Source: an uncultured Candidatus Rokubacteria bacterium
Lineage (GTDB): Bacteria > Methylomirabilota > Methylomirabilia > Rokubacteriales > CSP1-6
Length of the DNA stretch: 64,000 nt
NCBI GenBank assembly: GCA_963747235.1
Contig: CAVVEU010000040.1
Span: forward strand, 416,001 to 480,000
Direction of reading: 5' to 3'
The position numbers and the translations under genes are program-made. Position 1 is the stretch's first letter. Each line of letters begins with the position of its first letter. This document shows positions 42,584 through 52,577 of the stretch, piece after piece. Under the pieces are notes generated by a model. It was not told the DNA's origin. It was given only the letters and a program-made list of their open reading frames with translations, and did not search any database.

Positions 42584-44221
42584 ATGGCGGCGACACCGAT
42601 GACGGGCGGCGAAGCGCTGGTACGCTCCCTCTACACCGAAGGCGTCCGCGTGATCTTCGGGCTGCCCGGCGTGCAGCTCTACGGCGTGATGGCGGCGCTG
42701 CGCGACGAGCCACGCATCCGCTTCATCACCACGCGCCACGAGCAGGCCACGAGCTTCATGGCCGACGGCTACGCGCGCGCGGGCGGGAGCTTCGGCACCG
42801 CCCTCGTGGTGCCGGGCCCGGGCCTGCTCAACGCGATGTCCGGACTCTCCACCGCCTACTCGGCCTCCTCGCCGGTGCTGATCCTCTCCGGCCAGATCCC
42901 GCGCGATAGCATCGGGAAGGACATCGGGCTGCTCCACGAGGTGAACGACCAGCTCGACTGCATCACGCCGGTCACCAAGTGGCGCAAGCGCGTGCTGCAG
43001 GTCGCCGACATTCCCGCCGCGGTGCGCGAGGCGGTCATCCAGCTCCGGTCGGGCCGGCCGCGCCCGGTCGAGCTCGAGATGCCGCCCGAGACGATGGAGG
43101 ACGAGGGCCTCGCCGAGCTGCTGCCGCCGACCGAGGTGCCCCGGCCCGCCGCGGCTGCGCGCGACGTGGACCGCGCGGCCGAGCTGCTGCTCGGCGCGCG
43201 CGCGCCGCTGATCTACGCGGGCGGCGGCGTCCATCTCTCCGGCGCGCACGACGCGCTCGCGGCGGTGGCCGAGCACCTGCAGGCCGGCGTGGCCCAGTCC
43301 GCCGAGGGCAAGGGCGCGGTGAGCGACCACAACACGCTGTCGCTCGGCGCCGCCTACTGGCGCGACTCGCCGCTGCGCAATCACGTGCAGGACGCCGACG
43401 TGGTGCTGGCGGTGGGCACGCGCCTGGCCCTGGTGACCTTCAAGCCGGGCACGCGCATCGTCCAGATCGACGCGGACGAGCGGGAGATCGGGCGCAACCA
43501 CAAGGACACGCTCGGCCTGGTCGGCGACGCGCGGGCCACCCTCGAGGCCCTGCTCGAGCGGCTGCGCGCGGCGTCCCCGCCCCGGGCCTCGCGCAAGGCG
43601 GAGCACGAGGCGCTCCGCGCGAGGATCGCGGCCGACAACACGATGGAGCCCAACGCGTCGATCATCAAGACCCTCCGGGCCGCGACCCCCGAGAACGCCA
43701 TCCTGGTGGCGGGCATGACCCAGATCGGCTACTACTCGCGACCGTTCTGGCCGGTCTACGAGCCGCGGACGTATCTCTCCTCGTCGTACTCCGGCAACCT
43801 CGGCTACGCCTATCCGGTGGCCCTCGGGGCCAAGGTCGCCCGCCCGGACCGTCCGGTGGTCTCGGTCTCGGGCGACGGCGGCTTCCTCTTCAACGCGCAG
43901 GAGCTGTCCACCGCCGCCCGCTACGGCATCAACGTGGTGGCGGTGGTCTTCAACGACAGCTCGTACGGCAACGTGGCGCGCGATCTCGACGAGTCCTGGG
44001 GCGGCCAGTACGGCGCGGAGCTGAAGAACCCGGACTTCATGAAGCTGGCCGACGCCTACGGCGTCCTCGGCATGCGCGCCAAGGACCCGACCGAGGTCGG
44101 ACGCCTCGTGCGCGAGGCCATCGACAAGGATCGCCCGGCGCTGGTAGAAGTGCCGGTCGGCCGGATGAACCGCCCGATGTTCTTCGCCCCGCGGCGGACG
44201 CCGGCCAAGCACCCGCGCTAG
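42584..44221 (+). CDS. Thiamine diphosphate-dependent enzyme (acetolactate synthase-like)
   Basis: FGLPG, RHEQATSFMADGYAR, GDGGFLF..N ThDP motif. Confidence 0.9.
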   Translation: MAATPMTGGEALVRSLYTEGVRVIFGLPGVQLYGVMAALRDEPRIRFITTRHEQATSFMADGYARAGGSFGTALVVPGPGLLNAMSGLSTAYSASSPVLILSGQIPRDSIGKDIGLLHEVNDQLDCITPVTKWRKRVLQVADIPAAVREAVIQLRSGRPRPVELEMPPETMEDEGLAELLPPTEVPRPAAAARDVDRAAELLLGARAPLIYAGGGVHLSGAHDALAAVAEHLQAGVAQSAEGKGAVSDHNTLSLGAAYWRDSPLRNHVQDADVVLAVGTRLALVTFKPGTRIVQIDADEREIGRNHKDTLGLVGDARATLEALLERLRAASPPRASRKAEHEALRARIAADNTMEPNASIIKTLRAATPENAILVAGMTQIGYYSRPFWPVYEPRTYLSSSYSGNLGYAYPVALGAKVARPDRPVVSVSGDGGFLFNAQELSTAARYGINVVAVVFNDSSYGNVARDLDESWGGQYGAELKNPDFMKLADAYGVLGMRAKDPTEVGRLVREAIDKDRPALVEVPVGRMNRPMFFAPRRTPAKHPR

Positions 44222-44249
44222 TGAGACGCCCCGGCGAGGGATAGGCGGC

Positions 44250-45335
44250 ATGGAAGCGCCGGCCTCGGGCGAGCGCGGCTCCGCGGACCGGCTGCAGTTC
44301 CTGGACGCGGTGCGGGGCTTCGCCCTGCTGCTGATGATCGCGAACCACACCGGCCGCTGGTGGCAGGACGGCGCCATGGGCTGGCCGCGCTACAACCTGA
44401 TCTACGCGACGATGGCGGTGGGCGCGCCGCTCTTCCTGTTCCTGGTCGGCTTCTGCCTGCCCCTGTCGTTCGCGCCGCGCCGCCAGGCGGGCGCGCCGCT
44501 CAGCCCCGGCGTGGCCGCGAAGTTCCTCCAGCGCGGGGCGAAGCTCGTGCTGGCGGGCTGGGCGCTCAACCTGGTCGTCTTCCGCGACGAGCCGTTCTGG
44601 GAAGGCGGCGTGCTCCAGACCATCGGGCTCGGCATCATCCTGGCCCTGCCCCCGATGCTGATCCTGCACCGACGGGTGGCCCGCTATCTCCTCGTGGGGT
44701 TCGCGCTCGCCTTCTACGCGCTGTTCTCGATCTTCCACTCGAGTATCGAGGCCTGGCTGCCCACCCATCGCGCCCTCGGGCGCATCTTCTTCTTCGAGTT
44801 TCCTCCGTGGCCCTGGATCGCCATCGTGTGGATCGGGCTCTCGCTGGGCTGGGTCTTCGCGCTCCAGGACACGCCCGAGCGGCGCGCCCGCTACCTCACC
44901 CGCATGACCGCGGCGGGCCTCGCCGGCCTCGCCGTCTTCGCGATCTGGGACTGGGCGCACGGCACGCCGCTCCATCTCTCGCTGGCCTTCAAGCGCGACT
45001 TCGTCGTCAACAACCACTGGACCGCGCGCGGGATCACGACGTTTCTGTGCGTCGGCTCGGTCTTCTGCCTGCTCGGCCTCGCGTACTACCTGGTCGAGGT
45101 CAAGCGCCTGCCCGCCGGATGGCTGGTGATCCTCGGACGCACGTCGCTGATGCTCTACTTCCTCCATCACCTGATCGTGCTCACGCTCGCCAAGGAATGG
45201 CTCGGTCTCAAGCTGAACAACTGGTGGTGGTACGCGCTCGCGAACGCGGTGCTGCTGGTTCTCCTCGTGGGAATCGGCCGGCTCTGGCTGGCCATCCGCG
45301 CCGTCGCGGCTCGGCGGCGCCTCCAGCCCGCGTAG
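44250..45335 (+). CDS. DUF1624/HGSNAT-like membrane acyltransferase
   Basis: RLQFLDAVRGFALLLMIANH, VLQTIG, FPPWPW, LGRTSLMLYFLHH. Confidence 0.8.
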   Translation: MEAPASGERGSADRLQFLDAVRGFALLLMIANHTGRWWQDGAMGWPRYNLIYATMAVGAPLFLFLVGFCLPLSFAPRRQAGAPLSPGVAAKFLQRGAKLVLAGWALNLVVFRDEPFWEGGVLQTIGLGIILALPPMLILHRRVARYLLVGFALAFYALFSIFHSSIEAWLPTHRALGRIFFFEFPPWPWIAIVWIGLSLGWVFALQDTPERRARYLTRMTAAGLAGLAVFAIWDWAHGTPLHLSLAFKRDFVVNNHWTARGITTFLCVGSVFCLLGLAYYLVEVKRLPAGWLVILGRTSLMLYFLHHLIVLTLAKEWLGLKLNNWWWYALANAVLLVLLVGIGRLWLAIRAVAARRRLQPA

Positions 45336-45456
45336 CGCCGGTGCTCTTTTCCGGCCGGGCCCTGACGATTTCTGGAGCCTCGTTCCGCTCTCGCGGCTGA
45401 ACCGGCTGATTTCCCTGCCGCATCCCGCTGGCCCGCGTCTTGCTCTCTCAAGGGGC

Positions 45457-45849
45457 ATGGCCGCTCCCGCATCGCGCCCGAAAATTCTCGTGGTGGACGA
45501 CGAGCCCATCATCGCGCAGCTCATCACCGACGTGCTGACCGGTGATGGCTACGACGTCGACACCGCGTCGGACGGCCTCGTCGCGCTCGAGCACATCGGC
45601 CGCCACGCGTACGACCTCATCCTCAGCGATCTGCGCATGCCCGGGCTCGACGGGCTCGGCCTCTACCGCGAGCTGGAGCAGAGCCGGCCCGAGCTGGCGC
45701 GCCGCTTCGTCTTCATCACCGGCACCTCCGAGCACACCGACTACGCGGGGCTCATCGGAGACCTCGCCGTGCCCATCCTCACCAAGCCGTTCGACATGTC
45801 GGCGCTCCAGCGCGTCGCCCGCGAGACTCTGGCCGCCTCCGTTTCCTGA
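45457..45849 (+). CDS. Single-domain response regulator
   Basis: ILVVDDEP, LILSDLRMPGLDG, FITG, LTKPF. Confidence 0.9.
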   Translation: MAAPASRPKILVVDDEPIIAQLITDVLTGDGYDVDTASDGLVALEHIGRHAYDLILSDLRMPGLDGLGLYRELEQSRPELARRFVFITGTSEHTDYAGLIGDLAVPILTKPFDMSALQRVARETLAASVS

Positions 45850-46000
45850 CCCGTCCGGCTCCTGACGGGCGTCCCGCCGCTGACAAACCGCGTCACTCCG
45901 CGTCGCGGTAGGGCTCACAAATCCAGCCGCTTAGCCGGCCTCTCGCCTGGCATGCGCCATGCTCTGTCTCAAGCCGGGGAGTGATCCCCCGGAGGGAATC

Positions 46001-46684
46001 ATGCAAAAGGCACTGGCGATGTGGCTCCTGCTCGCGGCGAGCGGTGGCGCGCAACCCGAGGTGAGTCCGACCCAGGTGGTGCAGAAAGCCACCGAGCAGG
46101 TCTTGCAGGTCGTCCAGGATGGCCAGCTGGCCGCGTCGGCCAGCCCGGAGCACCGGCGCCTCGAGGTCCAGCGCATCGCCGACCGCCTCTTCGACTTCCA
46201 GGAGATGTCCCGACGCTCGCTGGCGCTGCACTGGCGCGAGCGCACCCCGCAGGAGCAGGCCGAGTTCGTCGCGGTGTTCAAGCAGCTCCTCGGCCGCGCC
46301 TACATCGGACGGCTGGAGAACTACTCCGGCGAGCAGATCGTGTACCTGAGCGAGCACGTGGATGGCGAGTTCGCCACTGTCCGCTCCAAGATCGTGACCG
46401 GACGCGGCGCGGAGATCCCGGTGGACTACCGTCTCCACCAGGTGGGCGCGCGCTGGGTGGTCTATGACGTCGCGGTGTCCGGCGTGAGCTTCGTCGCGAA
46501 CTACCGCGGGCAGTTCGACAAGATCATCCGGAGCTCGTCGTACGCGGCCCTGATGCGCGACCTGAAGGTGAAGTACGCGGAGATGACCGGCCGCGCGGCG
46601 GCGCCCCCGCTTGCTGCCCCGGTTGCTCCCCAAGTTACTCCTGTGGTTGCTCCCGCCGCCGCGCCCGCCCCGAAGAATCCGTAG
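46001..46684 (+). CDS. mlaC: MlaC/Ttg2D phospholipid-binding periplasmic protein
   Basis: FDFQEMSRRSL..W, PVDYRL, WVVYDV..GVSFVANYRGQF; GGAGGG RBS. Confidence 0.85.
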   Translation: MQKALAMWLLLAASGGAQPEVSPTQVVQKATEQVLQVVQDGQLAASASPEHRRLEVQRIADRLFDFQEMSRRSLALHWRERTPQEQAEFVAVFKQLLGRAYIGRLENYSGEQIVYLSEHVDGEFATVRSKIVTGRGAEIPVDYRLHQVGARWVVYDVAVSGVSFVANYRGQFDKIIRSSSYAALMRDLKVKYAEMTGRAAAPPLAAPVAPQVTPVVAPAAAPAPKNP

Positions 46685-46900
46685 CCCGCCCGGCCGAGAC
46701 CGGCGGGCCGCGCCGCGGGCCCGCGCTCGGATCGGCACCCGCCCGATCCGCCGTCCGCCCACCCACCTGCCCCGGCCTCTCGACCACCGATCGCTCCTCG
46801 ATCCGCCCCGCCGAATTCGCGGGGCCACTCTGATAGACTCGGGCAGCCGGATCGGGCCGACCCCGTTCGTGGGGCCGACCCGTCCTCAAGGAGGAGCGCG

Positions 46901-47182
46901 ATGACCCGAGCGTGGGCGGGGCTGCTGGTCTGTGTGCTCGCGGTCGGCCTTGTCGTGGGGTGCAGCCGCAGCAAGGAAGATCTCATCCAGAAGTCGCGCG
47001 GCGTCGGCACGCGCGCGGAGCTCGAGCGGGCGCTCGGCAAGCCGAGCGACATCAGCAAGCTGGGCCCGGTGGAACGGTGGACCTACCAGGCCTCGAACGG
47101 GAACGTGGTCTTCCTCATCGTGGGCGACACGGTCACGATGCAGGCCACCATGAGCCCGGACGAGAAGAAAGACCAGAAGTAG
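46901..47182 (+). CDS. Small lipoprotein (SmpA/BamE-like fold)
   Basis: AGGAGG RBS; lipobox VVGC; LERALGKP...ERWTY. Confidence 0.75.
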   Translation: MTRAWAGLLVCVLAVGLVVGCSRSKEDLIQKSRGVGTRAELERALGKPSDISKLGPVERWTYQASNGNVVFLIVGDTVTMQATMSPDEKKDQK

Positions 47183-47193
47183 GAGGACTCGAC

Positions 47194-48034
47194 GTGAGCG
47201 AATCCATCTCCGACCATCTCACGCGACGGCTCGATCGCCTGGAGCGCGAGAACCGGCGCCTCAAGCTCCTGGGCGGCCTCGCGCTGCTCGGGCTCGCCGC
47301 CCTGACCGTGATGGGCCAGACCGCGCCCACCTCGGTGGCCAACACGCTCGAGGCGGAGCGCTTCGTCCTCCGTGACAACGCGGGCAACGTGCGCGCCACC
47401 CTCGGCCTCCGCCCGGACGGCACCGCCGCGCTGGCGCTGGCCGACGACACCCAGCAGGACCGCGCGGTGCTGAGCGTCACCGCGCCCGGCCTGGCGAGCG
47501 TCGATCTCTCCGATCGCGCCGGGCACCTGCGCGCCGGCCTGGGGGTGCGCGCGGACGGCGCGGCCCTGCTCTCGCTCCTCGATCAGACCGATCGGCCCCG
47601 CCTCGAGCTCCGGACGTACGGCGACGGGCGCCCGAGCGTCGCCCTGCTCGACCAGGGTGGCCGGCCCCGGTCGCTGCTCGCGCTCACCGCCGAGGGCGCC
47701 ACCGGGCTCACGCTCTACGACCGCAACGGGCGGCGGCGCGGCGCGATGGGGACGGAGCCGGCGGGCGCGCCCGCGGTGTGGCTCTACGACGTCGAAGGCA
47801 ACGGCCGCGCCATGCTCGCGGTCACCGGCGACGGGCAGCCCACGCTCAATCTCACCGACGCGGGCGGCAAGGGACGGCTCTGGCTGCGCGTGAGCGCGGA
47901 TCTTCCAGCTTCCGTTCTTGAGCCTGCACGATCGGGACGGCAAGCAGCGCGTGGCCATGCTCCTGTAGCAGGGCGGCGTGCCGAGGCTGGCCCTCGGCGA
48001 CGCCGCCGAGCGGGTGATCTGGAAGGCCCCCTAG
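47194..48034 (+). CDS. Membrane-anchored ~22-aa tandem-repeat protein, indels near 47900-47970
   Basis: AGGAGG RBS, GTG; coiled coil, TM, then repeats L.D..G..RA.L....DG...L; likely end VIWKAP* at 48034. Confidence 0.65.
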
Positions 48035-48040
48035 GCCCGC

Positions 48041-48679
48041 ATGCCCGGCACCAATGTCCTGGTGCTGGTCGGCCTCGTCTTCTACCTGGCCGCCAGCCTT
48101 CTGCTCTGGCGGCTGCTCCTCAAGGAGTCGCCGCCGATGGGGCCGCGCCGGAGCCGGCCGCGCTGGCCCCGCCGTCTCGCGAAGGCCTTCGCGACCCTCG
48201 TCGGCGGCACCGCCGCGGGCGCGGCCTCGCTGCTCGTCGTCGCGACCGTCGTCAACGCGGGCAAGCCCGGCACCTTGTCCTCGCACGAGATGCTCGCGGT
48301 CTGGGCGGTGGCGTCGGTGATCGCGATGCTCTTCATCGGACGCGCCCCGCTGATCCGGAGGGTGGTGACGCGCGCCTGCCTCGCCGTGGGGGTGCAGGGC
48401 GTGATCCTGCCGCTGGCCAGCCTGCTGTCCTTCGTCGTGGCGGGCGAGCGCCTGGCCGGCTCCGCGGGCACCGGCGCCGAGCGAACGGTGGAAGTGCTCG
48501 GGGTGCGACTGGTGGGCAACCTGCCCGCGGTCTGGATCGGGCTCGGCGGGTTCTGCGTCGGCCTGACCCTCGTGTTCATCGGCGACCGGGCGCACCGCCA
48601 GGTCGCCCGGCGCCGCGCGCGGCGGAACTTCCGCTCCTCGCGCGCGGGCATCATCTCCGCCCGCCGTCGCCACCGCTAG
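48041..48679 (+). CDS. Hypothetical membrane protein
   Basis: About 5 hydrophobic segments and a basic C-terminus. Confidence 0.65.
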   Translation: MPGTNVLVLVGLVFYLAASLLLWRLLLKESPPMGPRRSRPRWPRRLAKAFATLVGGTAAGAASLLVVATVVNAGKPGTLSSHEMLAVWAVASVIAMLFIGRAPLIRRVVTRACLAVGVQGVILPLASLLSFVVAGERLAGSAGTGAERTVEVLGVRLVGNLPAVWIGLGGFCVGLTLVFIGDRAHRQVARRRARRNFRSSRAGIISARRRHR

Positions 48680-48728
48680 GAGGGGGCTGAAAAGGCCCCT
48701 CTGCTTCGTCGGCGCCCTCCGGGAACCG

Positions 48729-50036
48729 CTAGCGGGGGGGCGCGGGCTCGCTCCGGGCGAGGCGGGCGCGGGCTTCTTCGAGCGCGAGCGCGACGTGCAG
48801 GCGGCAGTGGTAGACGTCGCGCTGATGCGGCAGGGAGAGGCGGCGGGCCAGGCCCTCGATCTGGCCCCGCAGTGACTCGAGGCGCGTGACTTCCTGGCGG
48901 AGCGCCTCCGGGCCCGGCGCCGACGCGACCGCGGCCTCGGCGTCCCGCAGCAGCGCGTAGTGCCGCTCGAGGATGCGGTTGCCGCGCCACCGCAGGAGCC
49001 ACGGCAGGATCTTGAAGAGCGGCACCCAGATCGCGATGAGAGGCAGCAGGAGCACGCGAAGCTGGATCACCCACCGGAGCGCCCAGTACGGCAGCACGCG
49101 CGAGAGGAACGACTCGCCGCGGGCCAGGTAGGAATCCGCCGCGTCGTGCAGCGGGACGTCCACACCCTCGCGGGTGGGAAAGCGTCCCGGGGGATCGAGG
49201 AGGCTCCCCGCGCCGTGCACCGCCTGGGCCACCGTGAGGATCTGCTCGACCGCGCGAGGATGGAGCGTCTCGCGGCAGACCAGCAGGGCCGCCGGCGCCA
49301 TCAGCGTGATCGCCTCCCGCGGCAGGCCGGCCTTCAGGTCGAGCAGCCCCGGCGGGATCCGCATCGCGGAGAGATAGCGGAAGTTGCCGCTGAAGGCGGC
49401 GTCGCGCTGGAAGCTCAGCAGGCGGACGTCCGGCCGGTGGAGGAGCGCCGCGACGTTGGCGTCGCGGTAGGAGGACACGAAGAAGGCCGCGTCGATCTCG
49501 CCGCTCTCGAGGCGCCCGCGCGCCTCGGTGCCCGGCAGGCTCACGAGGTTCGGACCCGAGGTCGGCAGACCGACGCCCTCGAGCAGCGCCCGGGCGATCG
49601 CCTCCGTCCCGCTGCCGGGCGCGCCGACCGCGATGCGCCGGCCGGCCAGCGCGCCGAGGTCGTCGGTCACCACCTTGCCGCGATAGAAGATCCAGAGGGG
49701 CTCGCGATACAGCGCGGCCATCCCGCGCAGCCGGCCGTCCACGTCCTTCGCGAGCGGGTAGGTGCCGCCCTGCACGAAGGCCACGTCCACCTCGCCGCGC
49801 AGCAGGCGCTCCAGGTTCTCGACCGAGCCCGCGGTGCGGCGGAGGTCCACGCGCAGGCCCTCACGGGCGAGCCGCCGCTGGTACTCGCGGCCGAAGTCGT
49901 CGTAGGCGCCCCCCGGCTGGCCGGTGGCCAGCACGATGCGGGTGGGCGGGAACGGATCCACGAAGCGGAGGCTGAGGCCGACGACGGCGACGGTGAGCAC
50001 CGCCGCCACCGCCCAGAGCGCGAGCCGGCCCTTCAC
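48729..50036 (-). CDS. TAXI-family solute-binding protein with C-terminal TM/cytoplasmic extension
   Basis: LATGQPGGAY, TAGSVENL, AFVQGG, LYREPLWIF, GAPGSGT. Confidence 0.85.
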   Translation of the reverse strand: MKGRLALWAVAAVLTVAVVGLSLRFVDPFPPTRIVLATGQPGGAYDDFGREYQRRLAREGLRVDLRRTAGSVENLERLLRGEVDVAFVQGGTYPLAKDVDGRLRGMAALYREPLWIFYRGKVVTDDLGALAGRRIAVGAPGSGTEAIARALLEGVGLPTSGPNLVSLPGTEARGRLESGEIDAAFFVSSYRDANVAALLHRPDVRLLSFQRDAAFSGNFRYLSAMRIPPGLLDLKAGLPREAITLMAPAALLVCRETLHPRAVEQILTVAQAVHGAGSLLDPPGRFPTREGVDVPLHDAADSYLARGESFLSRVLPYWALRWVIQLRVLLLPLIAIWVPLFKILPWLLRWRGNRILERHYALLRDAEAAVASAPGPEALRQEVTRLESLRGQIEGLARRLSLPHQRDVYHCRLHVALALEEARARLARSEPAPPR

Positions 50037-51199
50037 CGGCGCCGGAACTCCTCCTTCGTGGCCGCGAGCCGGGACGGATCGGCGAGCAGGTCCGCCGCGC
50101 TGAGCGCCATCAGCTTGGCGCCCGCGAGCAGTCCCGTCCGCGCGGCCGGCGCCACCGCGGCGGCGGCGAACTCGCGCGTGTGGATCGCGGTCCCCAGCGG
50201 CGCGATGGCCACCCACGCGTGGATCGTCGGCGTCACCTGGCTCACGTTCCCGATGTCCGAGGAGGCGACGCGATCCGGCGCGGCCGGGCCCTCGGCCAGC
50301 CCGGCGGCGGCCAGATTGCCCGCGAAGACGTCGTTGAGCGCCTGGTTGCGCCGGAGCGGCTCGTAGATGTCGGTGTGCTGGAAGGCGGTGAGGCGCGTGG
50401 ACGTGGCGGCGGCCGCGGCCTCCGCGGCGGCGACCACGCGGCGGTAGAGCGCCCACATCGCGTCCAGGCTCGGCCCGCGCACGTTGAAGTCGGCGACCGC
50501 GCGCTCCGGGATGATGTTGGCGGCGGCGCCGCCCTCCGCGACGACCCCGTGGATGCGGCAGTCGGGCCGCATCTGCTGGCGAAGCATGGCCACCGCGTTG
50601 AAGGTCGCGACGCAGGCGTCGAGCGCGTTCACGCCCTCCCACGGATCGGTCGAGGCGTGGGCGGCGCGGCCCGCCCACTCGAACGTCACGCGCACCACGC
50701 CGAGCAGGTCCTGGTGGAGCAGCGTGCGATCGAAGCCGTGGATCATCATGGCCGCGTCCACGCCCTTGAAGACGCCCGCCTCCACGAGCACGCCCTTGCC
50801 CCCGCCCCGCTCCTCGGCGGGCGTGCCGATCACCTGGATGCGTCCGCCGGGCAGGCGGTCGCGCACCGCCATCAGCGCGGCGCCCGCGCCGGCCCCGGCG
50901 GCGGCGATGACGTTGTGCCCGCAGGCGTGGCCGATGCCGGGCAGCGCGTCGTACTCGCAGAGGATGGCGAGCGTGGGACCCGGGCCGGTGTCGAGGCTCG
51001 CGCGGAACGCGGTCTCGACGCCGCCCACGCCGGTCTCCACCTGGAAGCCGTGCTTGGCGAGGAACTCGCCGATCCAGCCGCAGGCGCGCCGCTCCTCGAA
51101 GGCCAGCTCGGGATGCGCGTGGATGCGCGACGACAGCGCGGCGAGCTCGTCGCCCAGCCCGTCCACCGACTCCGCGATGCGTTGCTTGAGGGCGTCCAT
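50033..51199 (-). CDS. M20-family amidohydrolase
   Basis: HPELAFEE, EYDALPGIGHACGHN, GTPAEE, SSDIGNVS. Confidence 0.92.
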   Translation of the reverse strand: MDALKQRIAESVDGLGDELAALSSRIHAHPELAFEERRACGWIGEFLAKHGFQVETGVGGVETAFRASLDTGPGPTLAILCEYDALPGIGHACGHNVIAAAGAGAGAALMAVRDRLPGGRIQVIGTPAEERGGGKGVLVEAGVFKGVDAAMMIHGFDRTLLHQDLLGVVRVTFEWAGRAAHASTDPWEGVNALDACVATFNAVAMLRQQMRPDCRIHGVVAEGGAAANIIPERAVADFNVRGPSLDAMWALYRRVVAAAEAAAAATSTRLTAFQHTDIYEPLRRNQALNDVFAGNLAAAGLAEGPAAPDRVASSDIGNVSQVTPTIHAWVAIAPLGTAIHTREFAAAAVAPAARTGLLAGAKLMALSAADLLADPSRLAATKEEFRRR

Positions 51200-51223
51200 C
51201 GGCCCACCACGATACCATGAGCC

Positions 51224-51940
51224 ATGCGCAGGCGACGGGGATGGGCGGGCCGGCTGCTCGCCCTCGTGCTGCTGGCGGCCGCGATCTGGATCGGCGTGGA
51301 GATCTGGCGATGGCCCGCGGTGGGACGGCTCGCCACCGAGCGCCCCACGACCACCGCGTTCATCGAGCGGTACCGCGCGCAGCAGCGCGCGACCGGCCGC
51401 CCGGCCCGCGTCGCCTGGACCTGGACGCCCTATGCCGCGATCTCGCCCGCGCTCAAGCGCGCGGTGCTGGTGGCGGAGGACATCGGCTTCTTCTCCCACC
51501 ACGGCTTCGCGCTCGCCGAGATGCAGAACGCCCTCGAGGACGCGCTGCGCGACCGCGAGCTGCCGCGCGGGGCATCCACCATCACCCAGCAGCTCGCCAA
51601 GAACCTCTGGCTCTCCCCGTCCCGCAACCCGCTGCGCAAGGGGAAGGAGGCGCTGCTGACCTGGCAGCTCGAGCGCGCGCTCTCCAAGCGGCGCATTCTC
51701 GAGCTCTATCTCAACGTGGTGGAGCTCGGGCCGGGCATCTACGGGGTGGGCGCGGCGAGCCAGCGCTACTTCGGCAAGGCGCCCGCCGATCTCGACGAGA
51801 GCGAGGCCGCGCTGCTCGCCGCCGCGCTGCCGAATCCGAGCGCGTGGCATCCCGGCGCGACCAGCGCGGCCTACCGACGCCACGTGGCGACCATCGAGCG
51901 GCGCATGAGCCGCGCCGCCTTCCTCCTCAAGCAGATCTAG
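51224..51940 (+). CDS. mtgA: Monofunctional peptidoglycan transglycosylase
   Basis: AEDIGFFSHHG, RGASTITQQLAKNL, RKGKE, ILELYLNVVELG, LPNP. Confidence 0.92.
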   Translation: MRRRRGWAGRLLALVLLAAAIWIGVEIWRWPAVGRLATERPTTTAFIERYRAQQRATGRPARVAWTWTPYAAISPALKRAVLVAEDIGFFSHHGFALAEMQNALEDALRDRELPRGASTITQQLAKNLWLSPSRNPLRKGKEALLTWQLERALSKRRILELYLNVVELGPGIYGVGAASQRYFGKAPADLDESEAALLAAALPNPSAWHPGATSAAYRRHVATIERRMSRAAFLLKQI

Positions 51941-52577
51941 AGGCAGCGTCGAGCAGGTCGGGGAGCGCGGTCAGGCGGTGGTCCGCCTCGCGGAAGTCCT
52001 GGTGGCGGGTGTGGGCGCAGGGCACCACCGCGCAGGCCATGCCCGCGGCCTTGGCCGCGAGCAGGCCGTTGCGCGAGTCCTCGATCACGAGGCAGCGGTC
52101 GGGCGCCACCGCGAGCCGCTCGGCCGCGGCCAGGAACACGTCGGGCGCGGGCTTGCCGCGCGCCACCTGGGTGCCGGAGACCACCGCCTCGAAGAGCGGG
52201 GCGAGCGCGAGCGCGGTGAGGTTGGCCTGGATCACCCGCACCTCCGCGGACGAGGCCAGGGCCATCCGGTATCCCGCCGCGCGCACCCGCTCCAGCACGT
52301 CGGGCACGCCGGGCATCGGAATCGGGCCGTCGCCGATCTGCGCGAGCATGCCGTCGATGTAGAAGCCGGCCAGCGTCTCCGCCGAGTCCGGCAGCGCGTG
52401 GCGGGCCTTCAGGATGCGGCACGACTCGAGCGTGGTGCGCCCGAGGAACTCCGCGTTCTCCTCCTCCGAGTACCCGAGCCCGTAGCGGGCCATCACCCGG
52501 CGCAGGGCCTCGAAGCCGAACGGCTCCGAGTCCACGAGCACGCCGTCCATGTCGAAGATGACGGCCTGGACCTTCAC
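51927..52577 (-). CDS. HAD-family phosphatase (Cbby/beta-PGM-like)
   Basis: FDMDGVLVDSE, ASS, GKPAPD, IEDSRNG. Confidence 0.9.
   Translation of the reverse strand: MKVQAVIFDMDGVLVDSEPFGFEALRRVMARYGLGYSEEENAEFLGRTTLESCRILKARHALPDSAETLAGFYIDGMLAQIGDGPIPMPGVPDVLERVRAAGYRMALASSAEVRVIQANLTALALAPLFEAVVSGTQVARGKPAPDVFLAAAERLAVAPDRCLVIEDSRNGLLAAKAAGMACAVVPCAHTRHQDFREADHRLTALPDLLDAASRSA

Noticed and set aside
46605-46660. 12-nt GTTGCTCCC-like repeats at the mlaC 3' end
   Set aside because: Encodes a Pro/Ala/Val low-complexity tail; ordinary slippage
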